A stretch of 64,000 nucleotides of DNA from contig OZ076409.1 of assembly GCA_964187785.1 (NCBI GenBank), positions 39,000,001 to 39,064,000 on the forward strand. The letters are read 5' to 3'. The stretch is from Amphiscolops sp. MND2022 (taxonomy: Eukaryota). The translations under genes and the position numbers were made by a program. Positions 21,101-34,100 of this stretch are shown piece by piece. Position 1 is the first letter of the stretch, and each line of letters begins with the position of its first letter. Below the pieces are notes generated by a model. It saw only the letters and a program-made list of their open reading frames with translations, did not search any database and was not told the origin of the DNA.

Positions 21101-24100
21101 CATTACAATTTTGAAAGAAAGTTGCAGCGTTTCGCTTCAAAAATACTTCGGAATGACTCTAAAGCTGTCGAAAAATTTCAACATCTTCGTTTTTGTGCAA
21201 CTTGTGTACTTTTTGAAGGTTTTGGAGCCCGAATGTTGGCAAACCTTCAACAAAGACTGCACTCATAATCCAATAAGCTTTCAAAGAAATATTTACAGAC
21301 GTCAGTTGGAAAATGCCTCGAAATTTACTGCAAAATGTCGAAAATGCGGACTTTTTGTCGACTTCTGACACTTTCAGTGAATTTTTATTATGATTGGAGA
21401 GTTCCGGTGAACTAAAAGCATCGAAAAGCTCCAGATGATAAAACTTTGTCTGAAGCACGTTTCTCAAAAAAATGCCTTATTTATGGTCGAAGGTTTCCTC
21501 AGCTTGACCCAAATATTGATTTATTGTAAACATTTTAAAAAATCTCTAGGCCGTTTTTCGTACAATTTTTGAGAAACTTCCTTGCATAAACTAGTTTGGA
21601 AAACTCTACATTGACTAGTTCGGGTATCTCCAGTAGGCAATTTTGAAGAGATAACAGCCTTTTTCGTTGGAATTGGTCTCAAAAACGCCCAAAAATCCAT
21701 GAAGCAACAGAATGCACGTTTGATAAACTAATCCCAATTTTTGTTCAAACCACAGAGGTTTCAGCAGAATAAAACTTCCAAAGACGTGATTGTTGAAACA
21801 AGAAAATATTGAAAACGCAATTGGGGAAAAAGTGGCATCAAGGTCATGGAGTTTAAAACAAAGGTGTCAAAGTTTCCGAACTTTCTTCAATTTCGACATC
21901 ATAGTCCCAATTTTGAACACTTTCCGAAAATTTACTTCAACCCGAAATGCAATACGCTCAAGATTGAAACGTGTAGCTACAAGTAGTGTTTCGAGGAGAT
22001 ATCAGACAAGTTTATTTGCTCTACGTTCAAAAGTTTCACTTGAAAACGTAAAGTTCGACCTTATTTGCCCAAATTTTAATATTCAAAACCTCCAAGCAAA
22101 ATCACTAGATTTGGAGTACACCTTCCAAAGGAAAAAGTTCCCAGCTACTTCGTTAGTTAAAATGGTGTGAACATTCAACAACAACTAAACCCGGTGTCCA
22201 GTAGGCTTATTTTTGAAGAGACATCTGTAGATTCATGTTAGAAATGTTCCTGAAATTGACCCCAAAATTGTCAAAACGATTTACAATTTTTGACACTTCT
22301 GGTGAAACTATGTAGAATAATGTACTAAACCGGCATGGCTCAACTTCTTCAAAAGTGCAAAGGACCTAGGTTCGAGCTTTCACAATTTTATCAGTGCCAA
22401 AAATCACCTCAAGAAATACGCCTGGGACTAGGAAACCACTTTTGCCCCACAGGAATCACAAAAAATCCTAATTTTGATTTTTGACCGGTAAAGTTCTATG
22501 ATGGCGAAACACGTTTCAGCTCGCAAAAATACTTTTCTCAAGTCGAGTTTAGCCATAAAAGTAAGGGGTACTCTTTGACCAAATGAAAGTTTCGGAAAGA
22601 CACACATAGCCGAAAAAATGGAAATGAGGTGATTTCCACAATCAAAAAGAAACCTCGTCAGTTGCATATGATCAAAAGTAACAAAGAATTTACCCTCATG
22701 ACTCGGGATACCTATTTTTTTAAAACAAAAAATCCCAAGAACCAAAAATTGCGAAATTTTTTTTCCTAAATTATTGTCAAAAAATTTATTGAAACTTTTC
22801 TCTTTTCTCGGTAAGTTGCATAGTGCCGAAAAAAAACGAAACGTCGCCAGCTATCGCAGAAATAAAAAATTAGGTGTTTCCTTTAAAATGGGCTAAGATG
22901 AATCAAAACTTTCTTTTTTTCGAACCTCTTTGCGTTTTTTAGTGCATTGGCTATTCTTGAGCCTCAAATTTATGTAGTTGTAGAACAGTTTGGGGCGGAA
23001 AACATTTCGCTGCTCAGCGGGCGTCTTGCTTCCGGACAAATTCAAATCCTCATAGTTTTGACGATTGGGCGATTTGACGATGATTTTAGTTATAATAATT
23101 CTAATGAAAATTTTTCCAAATGATATAATGTTTTCCAGAATCATTTTTCGATACCCAGTTGAAAATTCATAATCGCACATGTGTTTTAAAGTGGCTCCTG
23201 TCGATAACGTTTAAAGTTATATTCATGGTGTGTAGATTTTTTGGCATGTGAACTTGAAAGTTCTGAATATACGGGTAGCTGAGATCAGGGGAATTGACAG
23301 CAGACAAAAATACTGCTAGAAGAGTAAAGTATTACAAATTTGGTTGAAAATTGATTGGAATCGGTTGCAGCCGTTAAAAGTGTATATCGATTTCTCCGAA
23401 TTTGTCTCAATTTTAACTTTGTATGATCTCCTAAGATTGCTTCGCAATTACTTTCTAACGCTCGCCAAAAAACGCTATAGTATGGAGCATTATAAGAAAT
23501 GATGAAATTCGAAAATTTTTCGAAAACTGATCTAAGGAAAAAACTAGAAAAGGTCTTTCAAGCACCTCAAGGTTCAAAACAACATCTTTTTAATGTAATG
23601 AACGGTCAAGTAATGAAAACGAGGCTTAAGTAATGAAAACGAGTCAATTGACAATTTCCGTGGGTAACAAATTCCGTGGGTTTCAAATTCAAATTTGAAA
23701 GTTTCTACAGAACAACAATTATTTGACACCTACGTATTGAAAAACATAATCGGGAGGTGAAACATTTCCAAAGCATAAGGTTTCATTCAACAAACAATCC
23801 TGGTAAACATCTTCTATTTTGGTTGAGGAAAGACTAAACAATGAATCAGCTGATAATTTATTGGTCGAAGACGCTTTCTTCCAAATATACTCCAAAAAAG
23901 AAACATGGGTGTTTGTTAACTCATTTGGTCGTCAAATTATCGAGAAAACAGGATCTGTATATTTGTTTTCAAATGTTCAAGTCGGGAACTATCTTCTCAA
24001 TCAGACTGTTTTTTTTTAAACTAAGTCCTAAAATTTCAATGATTAGTAAACTGTGTATTTTTCTAAAAGGTAAAAACAAATTTACTTTCCTAACTATTGA

Positions 24101-25144
24101 GTAATTAGTCATTGTAATGAGTGAAAATTTTCATTTTTTGAAGTTGCTAGTGAAAAAACATTGCGGCAGATGGTATAGTTAAACGTATGAATCTTCAAGC
24201 GTCTTGTGGTTCTTCAAGACAATGGGATTGTATCAATCTATGTTCAATCAGAGCTTCAGAAAGATTCTAATACAAAAGGGCCCATTCAATTTTTAAACAG
24301 AGCCCTTTCAGATCCGGATTCGAAATAAAAATTTCATTGGTAGTAGCCACAGCGCATGAACAATACTAATACTATAAATAGCTATATATAAATTGATGAA
24401 AATATACATTAGTATTGGTGTAATGGTTCCAGGTATGGAATTGCATGGAATTCTCATGAATTTGCATCCGGGTACACAATCCTAAGTTCATGGATTTACC
24501 GTAACCTCCATAGAGCGAAGGGGTGGGTCTCTTCTTGATCAGCGCCGGAGACAATTCAAAAATAACTACGAAACGTTCCGAAAATTACTACTCTAATTTC
24601 ATCGAAATTACATGCTGTTTAAAAAGTACATTATTTTCTAAAAGTACATTACTAATATTTTCAAATATAAATACAATTCAAAAAATCAACTCTGGCATTG
24701 ACAGAAACCTTGCCATAACGTTGGGATTTTTGTCTACTAGCATCTTCGTGTATGAACCCTTTCTGAATAATATAAGTTCTGGATCGCTCTTTTGATAGTC
24801 AGCGACAATAGGAATTAGCGGGGACTATTATTAGGCAGAGTACAATGAAAGGTGTTTTCAACACCTCGAATTCTCAATCGGAGCTGGCTAGATTCGTGAA
24901 CGTTTGACACTTTCTTTGCAAGAACCGTGCAATTTCAATTCTTTTCTTGCAAGAATCTTGGAAAACTGTTTGCAAGAATAATGTATTGTCTTGCAAGAAT
25001 AAGATATTTTCAAGAAGAATATTTTTCTCATCCTAGGGTAATACTGCATGTTAGTGCAATATAGGAACAAAACGAGGGGTTCCTTACGTTATTATAGTTC
25101 TGAACCTTTAATGGGATCTTCTACCATGACGTCATTTGTCTTAC

Positions 25145-28100
25145 CTGCTTCAAGGATGATGGCGTTTCGTCTCTCTCTGAACATGATGGCCTGAGAGGTC
25201 ACGTGGTAGCTTCGTGATGTCACGTCTTTCTCTCCCACATCTCTTCTCGCTCGTTTTTTCTCCGAACAGGTAGTCGCTGACAAAATTCAGGGTCAATTGA
25301 AAGATTAACAAATCAAGATCCTTTATTATCTAATTTTGATCTGAAAATTAATCGGCAATCAAAATAATTATAACCTTCAATGAAGACATGACTACGAATT
25401 TTGTTCTCTAGTACTCAAAACGTTGGGATGACTGTTAAAAATAGGACAACGGCCTTGTTTACAACTCGGTCTGAACAAAAACGTTTTAAATCATGGCTCC
25501 CCACTATTTCCAAGTATTTTAGTTTGGTCACCTTGGTATCAGATTAAAATCTCCTACGTGAAAATCTCCTAGGTTAAAATCTCCTAAGTTAGAGAAGTGA
25601 TTAGCTCGTGTTCTCGATTTTCAGGAAAATGAGATTTTTGCAATTTTGCCAGCGTACCTGTTGAGTTAAGAAATCATGCAACAGAACGTATGGTTCATTT
25701 TGATAGAAAATTTATTTTCCTTGAATATTTGCTACTAAAATGGAAAGTCCTTACGAGGGTCGCAAGTGGCGCTGTTTTCCTGAAGACAAGCCTTGACCTC
25801 GCAATGGATATAAATGAGGTCAGCAGCCGCGTCTGACCAGGCGAACGCCAGCACAGACATAGGGTCAAGCTTGCCGTTCAGAGAGGCCCTAACATCTGCG
25901 TCTCTCTGGAAAGTCCCTTCATCTGTATTTGGGCATCTAAAGTTTAATTGCAACATGACTTTGATCGAGAAATTTCAACATTGTCACCATAGAAACTTAC
26001 CGAGGTATTTTTAGTTGTCGACTTTTTTGGAATTTGTTCATTCCATCAGAGAACTCCTGCTGTTTTTGATATTTTCAGTTAAAAAAATCGACTATTATGC
26101 AGTCCCGGGTTTCCCGACCAGGCCGATCACAATCTGATCATATTATGGCACCATACAAATTTCCTTACTATGATCTTGCCATGATCGGCCTGGAATCATA
26201 TGTAACGATAAGCGCTGGCGCTTGAACCGCAACGTAGAGTGGAGGAACTAGAACAGCGAATATAATCTGGGACCTAGATCTCCGCGGCTCTAGCTCATTT
26301 TCCCTCCGAAGGAGCCAGTCCCAGGGTGGGGGAACCGTCTTGTAGGATACTCTCTGGCCTGGTCCTAGTCTGTAACTGCTGAAAGTAACAGGCATCTTGC
26401 AAGTCTCAAGACCACTGCTCAACTAGCCTTTAAAAATTGGGCTGAAAACGATGAAGGTTGAACCGTGATATTGGAGAATCTGATAAAATCGCCAAATGGG
26501 ATAAACAGATGTTAAACAACAGCTCTCGAGCATATTAATTTACCACATCGAAAAATACAACAAGAAATTAAGAGTCCAGAGTCATTTGATGGAAATTGAC
26601 TTCAGCTTCCCAGCGCTAGCTCTAGTTGCCACACAGGATACCGCAGGGATACTCAGGCGAACATCTGGAACACTGGTTTCCTTTACTGTAGTAATGGATA
26701 TCTCCTAGAGATTGACACAATACCGTGTTCTGTATGCGTTGGGGACGTCTTTTTTGTCGTCTCCGGTGCTTGTTCGTCGCGAGCGGCGATTTCTGCTTTT
26801 CTGGGGTGCTTTTTCTAGCAGGTACTTCGTCTTGAGCATGTTTGAGTGCCACGTCAGATTTGAACGAATTTTTGACAAAATTTCTAAACATGTCGGTTGA
26901 TATTGCTGTACCAGAGCTTGCCGTTACATCACTCCCCAGGCTCCTGGCTTGTCGTCCCTGGCATGCGGCGTCTGGCTCATCTGGGAACTGCATCACAGAG
27001 ACTGCTGGGAACCATCATCCACACATCGGGGAACAAGGACGAGTCCTTGTTTTTCGGCAACAAAAAATTTTTTTTTGAGAAAGAACTTACTGCCTAGCTA
27101 TTTGTACAAAACACTAACGAGGTTTTAGCACCAGCTCGAGAGCTACAGTTTTCAGCCGGTTAAAACTTGTTTGGGCAGTTAACTTACGTAAAAACTTTTT
27201 TGCGACCAAAGTCGGCTAAAATTTCTTTTCTTTACCATTTGAGACTTATAGTCTTCATATCATTCCAGGCGATTACAAACTTTTTTTAGAGCTTGCGGGC
27301 TCACACGGTGAACAACCAGATTGATGAAGAACACCAGACTAGAAAGAAACGCAATCAAGAGGGATATGACTTCTTTTGATTGTGACAACTCAAAAACACC
27401 GCGAACGGTGCGCAACAAAAATAATAGTTTTTCTGAATAATGGTTTTTCTTTTCTTTCTGCTTGGTAATTCAAGCCACTGGGGCAGGCGTACTCTGCTGG
27501 CCGTACACCCAGTGCAACACTAATGGTACACTAATTTTATAACCATAACTATGAACAAAAATTGCACTTTGTACTGTAGCACCGTTCTGGATGAGAAGTT
27601 TTAAGGCACTGTTTGTTGGCAGTTTGTGAGGATATGGGGAGCACGAACGCTCCCATTAGCGGCTGGGTTTATTGAACCGAACTGCGTCGAGCCCGCTCTT
27701 TAGTGGCATCATCTAGGTTCTGTTCTGGATTATCAGTCGACACTGACGCTCGACGTCGGGGAGAGACTTCTGTGGCAACGGTTTCAGAGTCCGACGGACT
27801 TTCGGGAAGCGACAACTCGGCAATGGGCTGCACTAGTGCTGCATTGGGAGTCAACTCGGCGGCGTGCTCTCCGGAATGCTGCTGCGAGGTCTGAGGGCTC
27901 GTTCGCGATGAAGACGAGCCAACTGGTTCTGGCTTCAAGTTGTGGGTTGGAAGGTTAATGGTGATCGGTTGAGAGATGGGCCGATCCAGAGACATCGCCA
28001 TCGTTGGTGCGAGCATGGTAGGCGCGAACGCCTGTTGTCTCGCTATCTCTGCTCTACCTTCTACTGCTAGTGCGACTCGGCGTGAGATCCACCCAGGTTG

Positions 28101-31100
28101 GCTCCAGAGCCCGCAAGCTCTTCCATTTAGGAAAGCTAGCAATCTCCAACTCCAGACAGTATTCTTCCCATCTTGCTAGTTCTGTTGAGCCCAACACGGA
28201 ATTGATCTCATCATGCTGGACGATGGACATATCTCCGGACATGGTCATCTTTCCCGTAGGTTTCCATGCCGACTTCCCGGGGAATGGGGTAACGCGGGAT
28301 TGGAGATTCCTTTGCCTGATCTGAGCAGCGCCTTCAATCCATCCTGGGATCTGGGCCGACTCTAAGTGATGGATTTGACGGTTGAAAACCTCTGGGGCGC
28401 GTCCAACGGGTTTCGCCCTAGGCCATCCTAACGGCTCCTTCCAGTAGCGATTCGGGAAGGCGATGCATTTAAAGCTGTATAAAGGGTCCACAGGTGGACC
28501 AGCACTAGTGCTGGCGCGAATCGCCTTTCTTATGAACTCTTGACTCCAGGGGAACCTAAAGGGGACTCCTTCCAAACTGAGAGGTGCGGAGTACCAGTTC
28601 ACAGGCCCATGCTCTCGGGGCAGAGGACATGCTTTCCTGGTGCGCGCGCGCAACAAACCCATCAGGTTCTCCTCCAACTCTCTTTCGGATTTTATGTTCG
28701 TGTACCCATGCGGCACTTCACCACTCAGCACGGCATGTATTACCCTTGGATATGCCAGTGAGGGATGGCCTCGCAGATAGGTGCTAAAGGAGACCATGTG
28801 CACTTGGACTGCTGTTGCTAATGGTTTCGTAGGGTATCGGCACACGCCCACTGCGCCAAAGATAGGGGCCAAGACGGGAGCCATGGCTGCCACGAAATCT
28901 TCTACCTCAGCCAGGGTGAGATCAGCAATCTGCTGCGGCAAGGGGAATCCTGCCGTTTTCCGTGGGATCTGCTGGTCTGAGTTATGTAGTGGTTGGGATT
29001 GGTCCACGCCCACGAATAGACCGGAGGCGAACACCAGGATGGAATATAGCCAGTGCTGGATCGACGCACGCACGCGCTCCAGTTGGGCGGACTAGTCTTG
29101 TTGGTCTTTGGAGGTCATCAAGAGTCCCCAGCGGGTCAGGCTGCGTAGTTGTCCCTGTGCCAGGACCAAATAGCTGTTGAACACGGTGAGGTCGCAGGCA
29201 ATCACGATGTCGACCAACAAGGCCAGTGGTCCGGCTACGAACTTTGTTGGGCCAATCGCTAGCGCGAGCGCTAGTATTTCTCCGACAGTTGCCTCCCCAA
29301 TTGTTTCTAGCAGCTTGTCCGTTTGCGTAGGGGTCAGTGAAAACTCGGAAGTTAGCACTTCAAGGTTCCATCCCAGACCAAGGCTGGTACAGAAGGCTTC
29401 CAATGGACAATTGAGCTCTCGAGCTACTTCTGCCAGAGTTCTGGTGGCAAACCTAGTCTGATACCAATAGGCGTAAGTGGTGGCTGCGGCGTCAACCTCT
29501 GCCTTCAGATTTGTCGCTTCCATTGCCACGATGCACCGCAGTCCTACAGGCAGCTTCACGGGCTCGATTCCTGAGGCGAAGTGGATCTGAGGGATTGTTC
29601 TCTCAACGGTGCGCGCTGCAGGCCATGCACCAATTTGTTTTGTCAGTTCGGCTAACTCTGCGCGCACTGGGATTTCTTTGTCTTTTCGCACTAGCCAGTT
29701 GTACCGACGGACAGCCTCTCGTTCGGTTACATTAGACTCTCGGGCGATGCGATTGCCGTCAAGGTCAAAGGCCAATCTGCCCATCCGCATTCCATGATCA
29801 TAGAGGATAGCGTCATCAATGGTTAGTTGAGCATTTCCCGAGCGTTCTATAGCCACGAGTGCTCTAGATACGGCGGCAAAGAAGGCTGGATACGATAAGG
29901 TATCTAGGCGCAGGTCCTCTCGGTCCACACGCAAGTTTGGTGCACAGATGGCGAATTCGACTCTGCGCGCCTTGCATACCTCCAGCAGAATGTAGACAAA
30001 CTGCTGCAGACTTCGTGGCCAATACATGAATCCTGGTGGGGATACAAAGAGCGCGAGCGCTCCCAGACGACCCCGAAGGATCCCTGCGGCACGTTCCATT
30101 GCACCGACCACCTCATTTACCAGGGCTGCAACGTCTCCAAGTCGTCGGACATCGGACATTATGGCGTCCAGGTCACGCAGCAACCCTTCGCAAGCCATGT
30201 GATCCAGAAAATTGGCAAAGATCACGCGCTGTGGGGGTGGTTCCTTCTGTGATCCTCTTAAGTTGGGATCGTATATGGCTCCAACCATCTCAGCGACCTC
30301 AGCGAAGCGAGACAGGGGCATAGTCAGCACCAGCACGTCAGGCATCAAATTGTCAATAGGGAGGTCACTCCGGCAAGTAGAATCAACCGCCATGCAGTAG
30401 CGCGCGCGCTGCAGAGCTGCTTTCAATAGTGGTTTCAGAGATCTCAAATTGCGAGCGTTCGCTTCCCATGTCTCACCTTCTCGCAACACATACCGTGCAG
30501 GGAATTGCTCGGTGATATTATGTTGCAGGGGTGCCATGTAATCGTTAGTTGTCGTAGGCAGCTGCTCTCGAGCACGCTGTTCCCAGGCCTGCTCTGACAT
30601 ATCTGCGTCCCGGGGGCGCAGCGAACGTGTGACCTGCGCCGGTATCGTGGTTTGGTTAATCTCCTTTTGCTCCGTTTCAGTTGGAGGGGTCCTTTTCTTT
30701 ATAGCGCATTGACTGGGATAGAGATGCTCAGCCGCCATCCAAATGCGTTTGCTATCATTGGTGACTACTGAACCGGATACGTCATCAGATGGAGGGAGGA
30801 AGGCTGGAGGACGGGCTTCCTCCACCGTCTCAGGTATCTCTAGGGACATATCTATTGGATTCGTGCCCGAGGGCACAGAGCTCACTTCCGAGCCTGCATC
30901 CGGATCTCCATACTGCTCGGTCGCGTCCGCTAGAGACATTTGAGGTGCGCTTCTGCCTAGGTGACCCACCCGGTACGGAGGCCTAGGGATGACTACACTC
31001 TTCAGCTGGGGTCGAGGTACATCAGCGCGCTTGTCGGGAGGGGGACGACTAGTCGGGCTCTCGGTTACTGAGCTAGCTGGGGTAACTGAGACAGTTTCTT

Positions 31101-34100
31101 CAGTCAGTCGCTTTCTCCCCGTTTCTTCTCGTGCGCCAGTAGCAGCGCTTGCGCTGTTGCTTGGTCCAGCGGCAATTTCCACATCCATAGATGCCGTCTC
31201 GACTAAGGGAGCAGGAGGGTCACAGCCCGCGGGCTGGACAGCAGCTTGCAGATAAGTGGTTAGTCCAGGGATTCTCTGCTCTACGGCACGATCAAAATCG
31301 GAGGAGTTGGGATAGTTCGCCACTGCTTGCAAGGCCACAATTACGGCCTGTTCGCTGGTACTCCTTCCCGTCAGCTCTAGGTTGGGTATGGGTGGCAACC
31401 GGGACCTCGAGGGCTCCCGATCCGAGACTGGTGCATTAGTAGTGGTTTGCAGTACCATGTGTGGTGCTCGATATGAGGTTCCAAAGGCGGGTGAACCGGA
31501 ATAGGTTGGCGTCATTGGTACTGGTTTTGGTGCTGGTGGGGGCAATGCGACCATCTGAGGAGGTGGCATTGTTGCTATGCTGGCAGGCACCATACACAGT
31601 GAGGCTTCTTGCTCGAATCGCGTGCCCTGGCTGGGCCCGAGCATTGTGGTAGAAGGTTCATCCAAGAACTGGTGCGTCAAATCATGGCCATCCCACGCAT
31701 TGTTTTGGCAGGTTAGCGTGCGACGATAACCGGCTACTTCCGTCACCAGAGACACAGATACTCCCGGCAGCGTCTGCATTGTGTCTAATTGAGTGAGCAG
31801 GGCGGCCACGCCCGCTACCGCTAACGGTGAGAGGCCGTTCCTCAGTCGTTCCTCTACATATTGGACTTGATTAGTCCTCTGCGCTCGCGCAGGCAATTCC
31901 TGAGACCTATTGGCGTGAGGTCCCGTCGTGGAAATAGGCACCGTGTTGTTGGGGTAATAAGCCATTATATCATAGGTCTAAAAAGAATTACCGTTAGGCA
32001 TACTAGGTGCATTGTGGGGAGAGCTTAAGGCTCATCATCCAGCTGCTATAGTACAAAGATGGTTCCATAGGAGAACTGCAACAAATTTAAATTGTAGTTC
32101 AACTAACTAACTGGAACATAAAGATAAGAGTTATTTAACGCTACGTTACAAGGTAATCATTTCATGGGATGGTTTAAGACTTCCTCCCAGACATAACGAT
32201 TATCGGGGTGGGCAAATCAAATAGGGGGGCAACAAAAAAGAGTTTTGAGCGGGCTACTCCGGCCCTATGTTTAGAATGGACACATACACGCGGTTATGCA
32301 GCACCACGTGAATGCCAGTGCCCTCCAGCAAATTCGTTAGGGTATGGTACAGGTTTACCAATGAAAGGGTGGGTCGCTCTGGATCCAGTATAGGTAGGTG
32401 GACCCTTGTGGATCCTTTCTCTATCAAACGCTGTATCAAGTGCGTCATACAACGTAGGTAGTCGTCGGTGAGCAGCGGCGCACGCTGGTTTGCTCTGATT
32501 ATTAGTAAGTGAATACTCTGATTGGGGTTTGGGTTGATATCGGGAGGAATGGTGAGAATCTCCCCCACCTTAGGACGTAAGGAGAATACATTCTCCTTGC
32601 CGCATTCTCGTAGCACGTACCGTAGGGCGGCTGAGTTAGTCTCTAGGTCAGCGGGACACGCTAACACCATATCACCTTCTACTTGAAGAAAATCAGCCAC
32701 ATCATATGAGAGATGCTCTGTTGGGGCTGGATACAGAATTCCCGGGTAGATAATCTCTCTGCCCGGCCCATTGTCTGCAGGCAAGCATACAAGGGGCGTA
32801 CGCCCCTGGATTGCAGCCAGGTCTTGCCACACCGAGCGTGGTATCGCTCGATTATCACTGCTCGCCCTGACCCATGTATCTAGGGTGCTCAAAGCGGCTT
32901 TTGGGGGAAGCGGAATCTCAAAAGTATGAGTCCACTCGTCCAGCAACCTAATGCGAGGATAATTGGTGAAACAAGTGATGATTAGTTCCAACCACCACGC
33001 GAATTTCACTTTGCCACGATACCAGTCTATGATGTGGAAGCAAAGTATCAAGTCCGCGGTAGTGAGGGTCCTCAGACCTTCCAAGCAGGACAGCAGGTGC
33101 AGTGGTTCCACTATTGCCTCCACTCGTGGAGCAGTGACCAGCAACCACCAGTGCGGCGCTGGGCTGTATACTCCGCCCGGATCCACGTGAATTCCGTATT
33201 TGTCACAAAGAAGATCAGCGGTGATGCATCGGACCATTTGCACAGGCTCCCGCTCGAAGTTGAAGGGTCCAAACGCAATATTGCTGGGTACTGGGGGCAT
33301 CACCGTTGCGAGGGTAAACTCTAACCCTTTTCCGTCGCTAGTCCACTCCTTGAATTGAGGACATGGAGCTTTCGCTACTCCAGGTAGTGATAATTTCTCC
33401 AGAATAGTATCCACGGGATGGTCTCCGTGTCGTTCCAGGGAGGAATAAGTCTTTTCAGCTCTCACCGTAAGGCGATGTACTAGATTTTCTCCCCGCTCCG
33501 GAGGAACTCCCCGGGCTCCAGTGGGAACCCTCCGGTTCTCATTGACGGCTAGCAAGCAAACACAGTCTCGCAGCCCACAGGTCCCACACTTGTAGCGTGG
33601 CTGCCGCCTGCCTCTCAGCTGATATCGGGGGACCTCAGAAGCCTCGGTCGGTATTGCTGTTTCCGACGGCTTTGTTGTTGTTGTTTCTTTCTTCCTCGTT
33701 CTTGCCTTCGCTCTGACCAGCCTTTTTTGCGTTTTGGGTGGTCTCCCCCTCCCCCTTTTGAAAGAAGGAGCGGTCCCTGCTCCGGGCAATGTCGTGGGAA
33801 GAGTAGGGACATTGGATTGAGCGTTGTCATCCTCGGTGGAGGATTTCAGAGGAAGGGAAGGAGCGGCCGGCCAAATGGGATAGTTACTGAGGAAACTCGT
33901 CAGCGATGGATTTGTCAGTAGTGGGGCCGATGTTCCCAATAATGAGGGCTGTTTTTCGGGAGAGGATATTTGTGGTGACGGAGAGCGCGCGCGCTCATGG
34001 TCTGAGAATAGTTGAGGTAGATGATGGGTAGGTGATATTGATTGGTCTGAAGGGGGTTGGGGTTCGGGTTCCGTACGATCAGCATCAACGGGATCAGGAG

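Noticed and set aside
19244..21467. Short F/K-rich ORFs on both strands
   Set aside because: Translations of the AT-rich 184-bp tandem array.
24640..24890. Terminal exon (TM or GPI signal) of the ZP gene
   Set aside because: Candidate acceptors gave early stops or an incompatible phase. No supported model.
27669..31965. ORF2 as a retroviral envelope protein
   Set aside because: No signal peptide, furin plus fusion-peptide arrangement or clear C-terminal TM helix seen.
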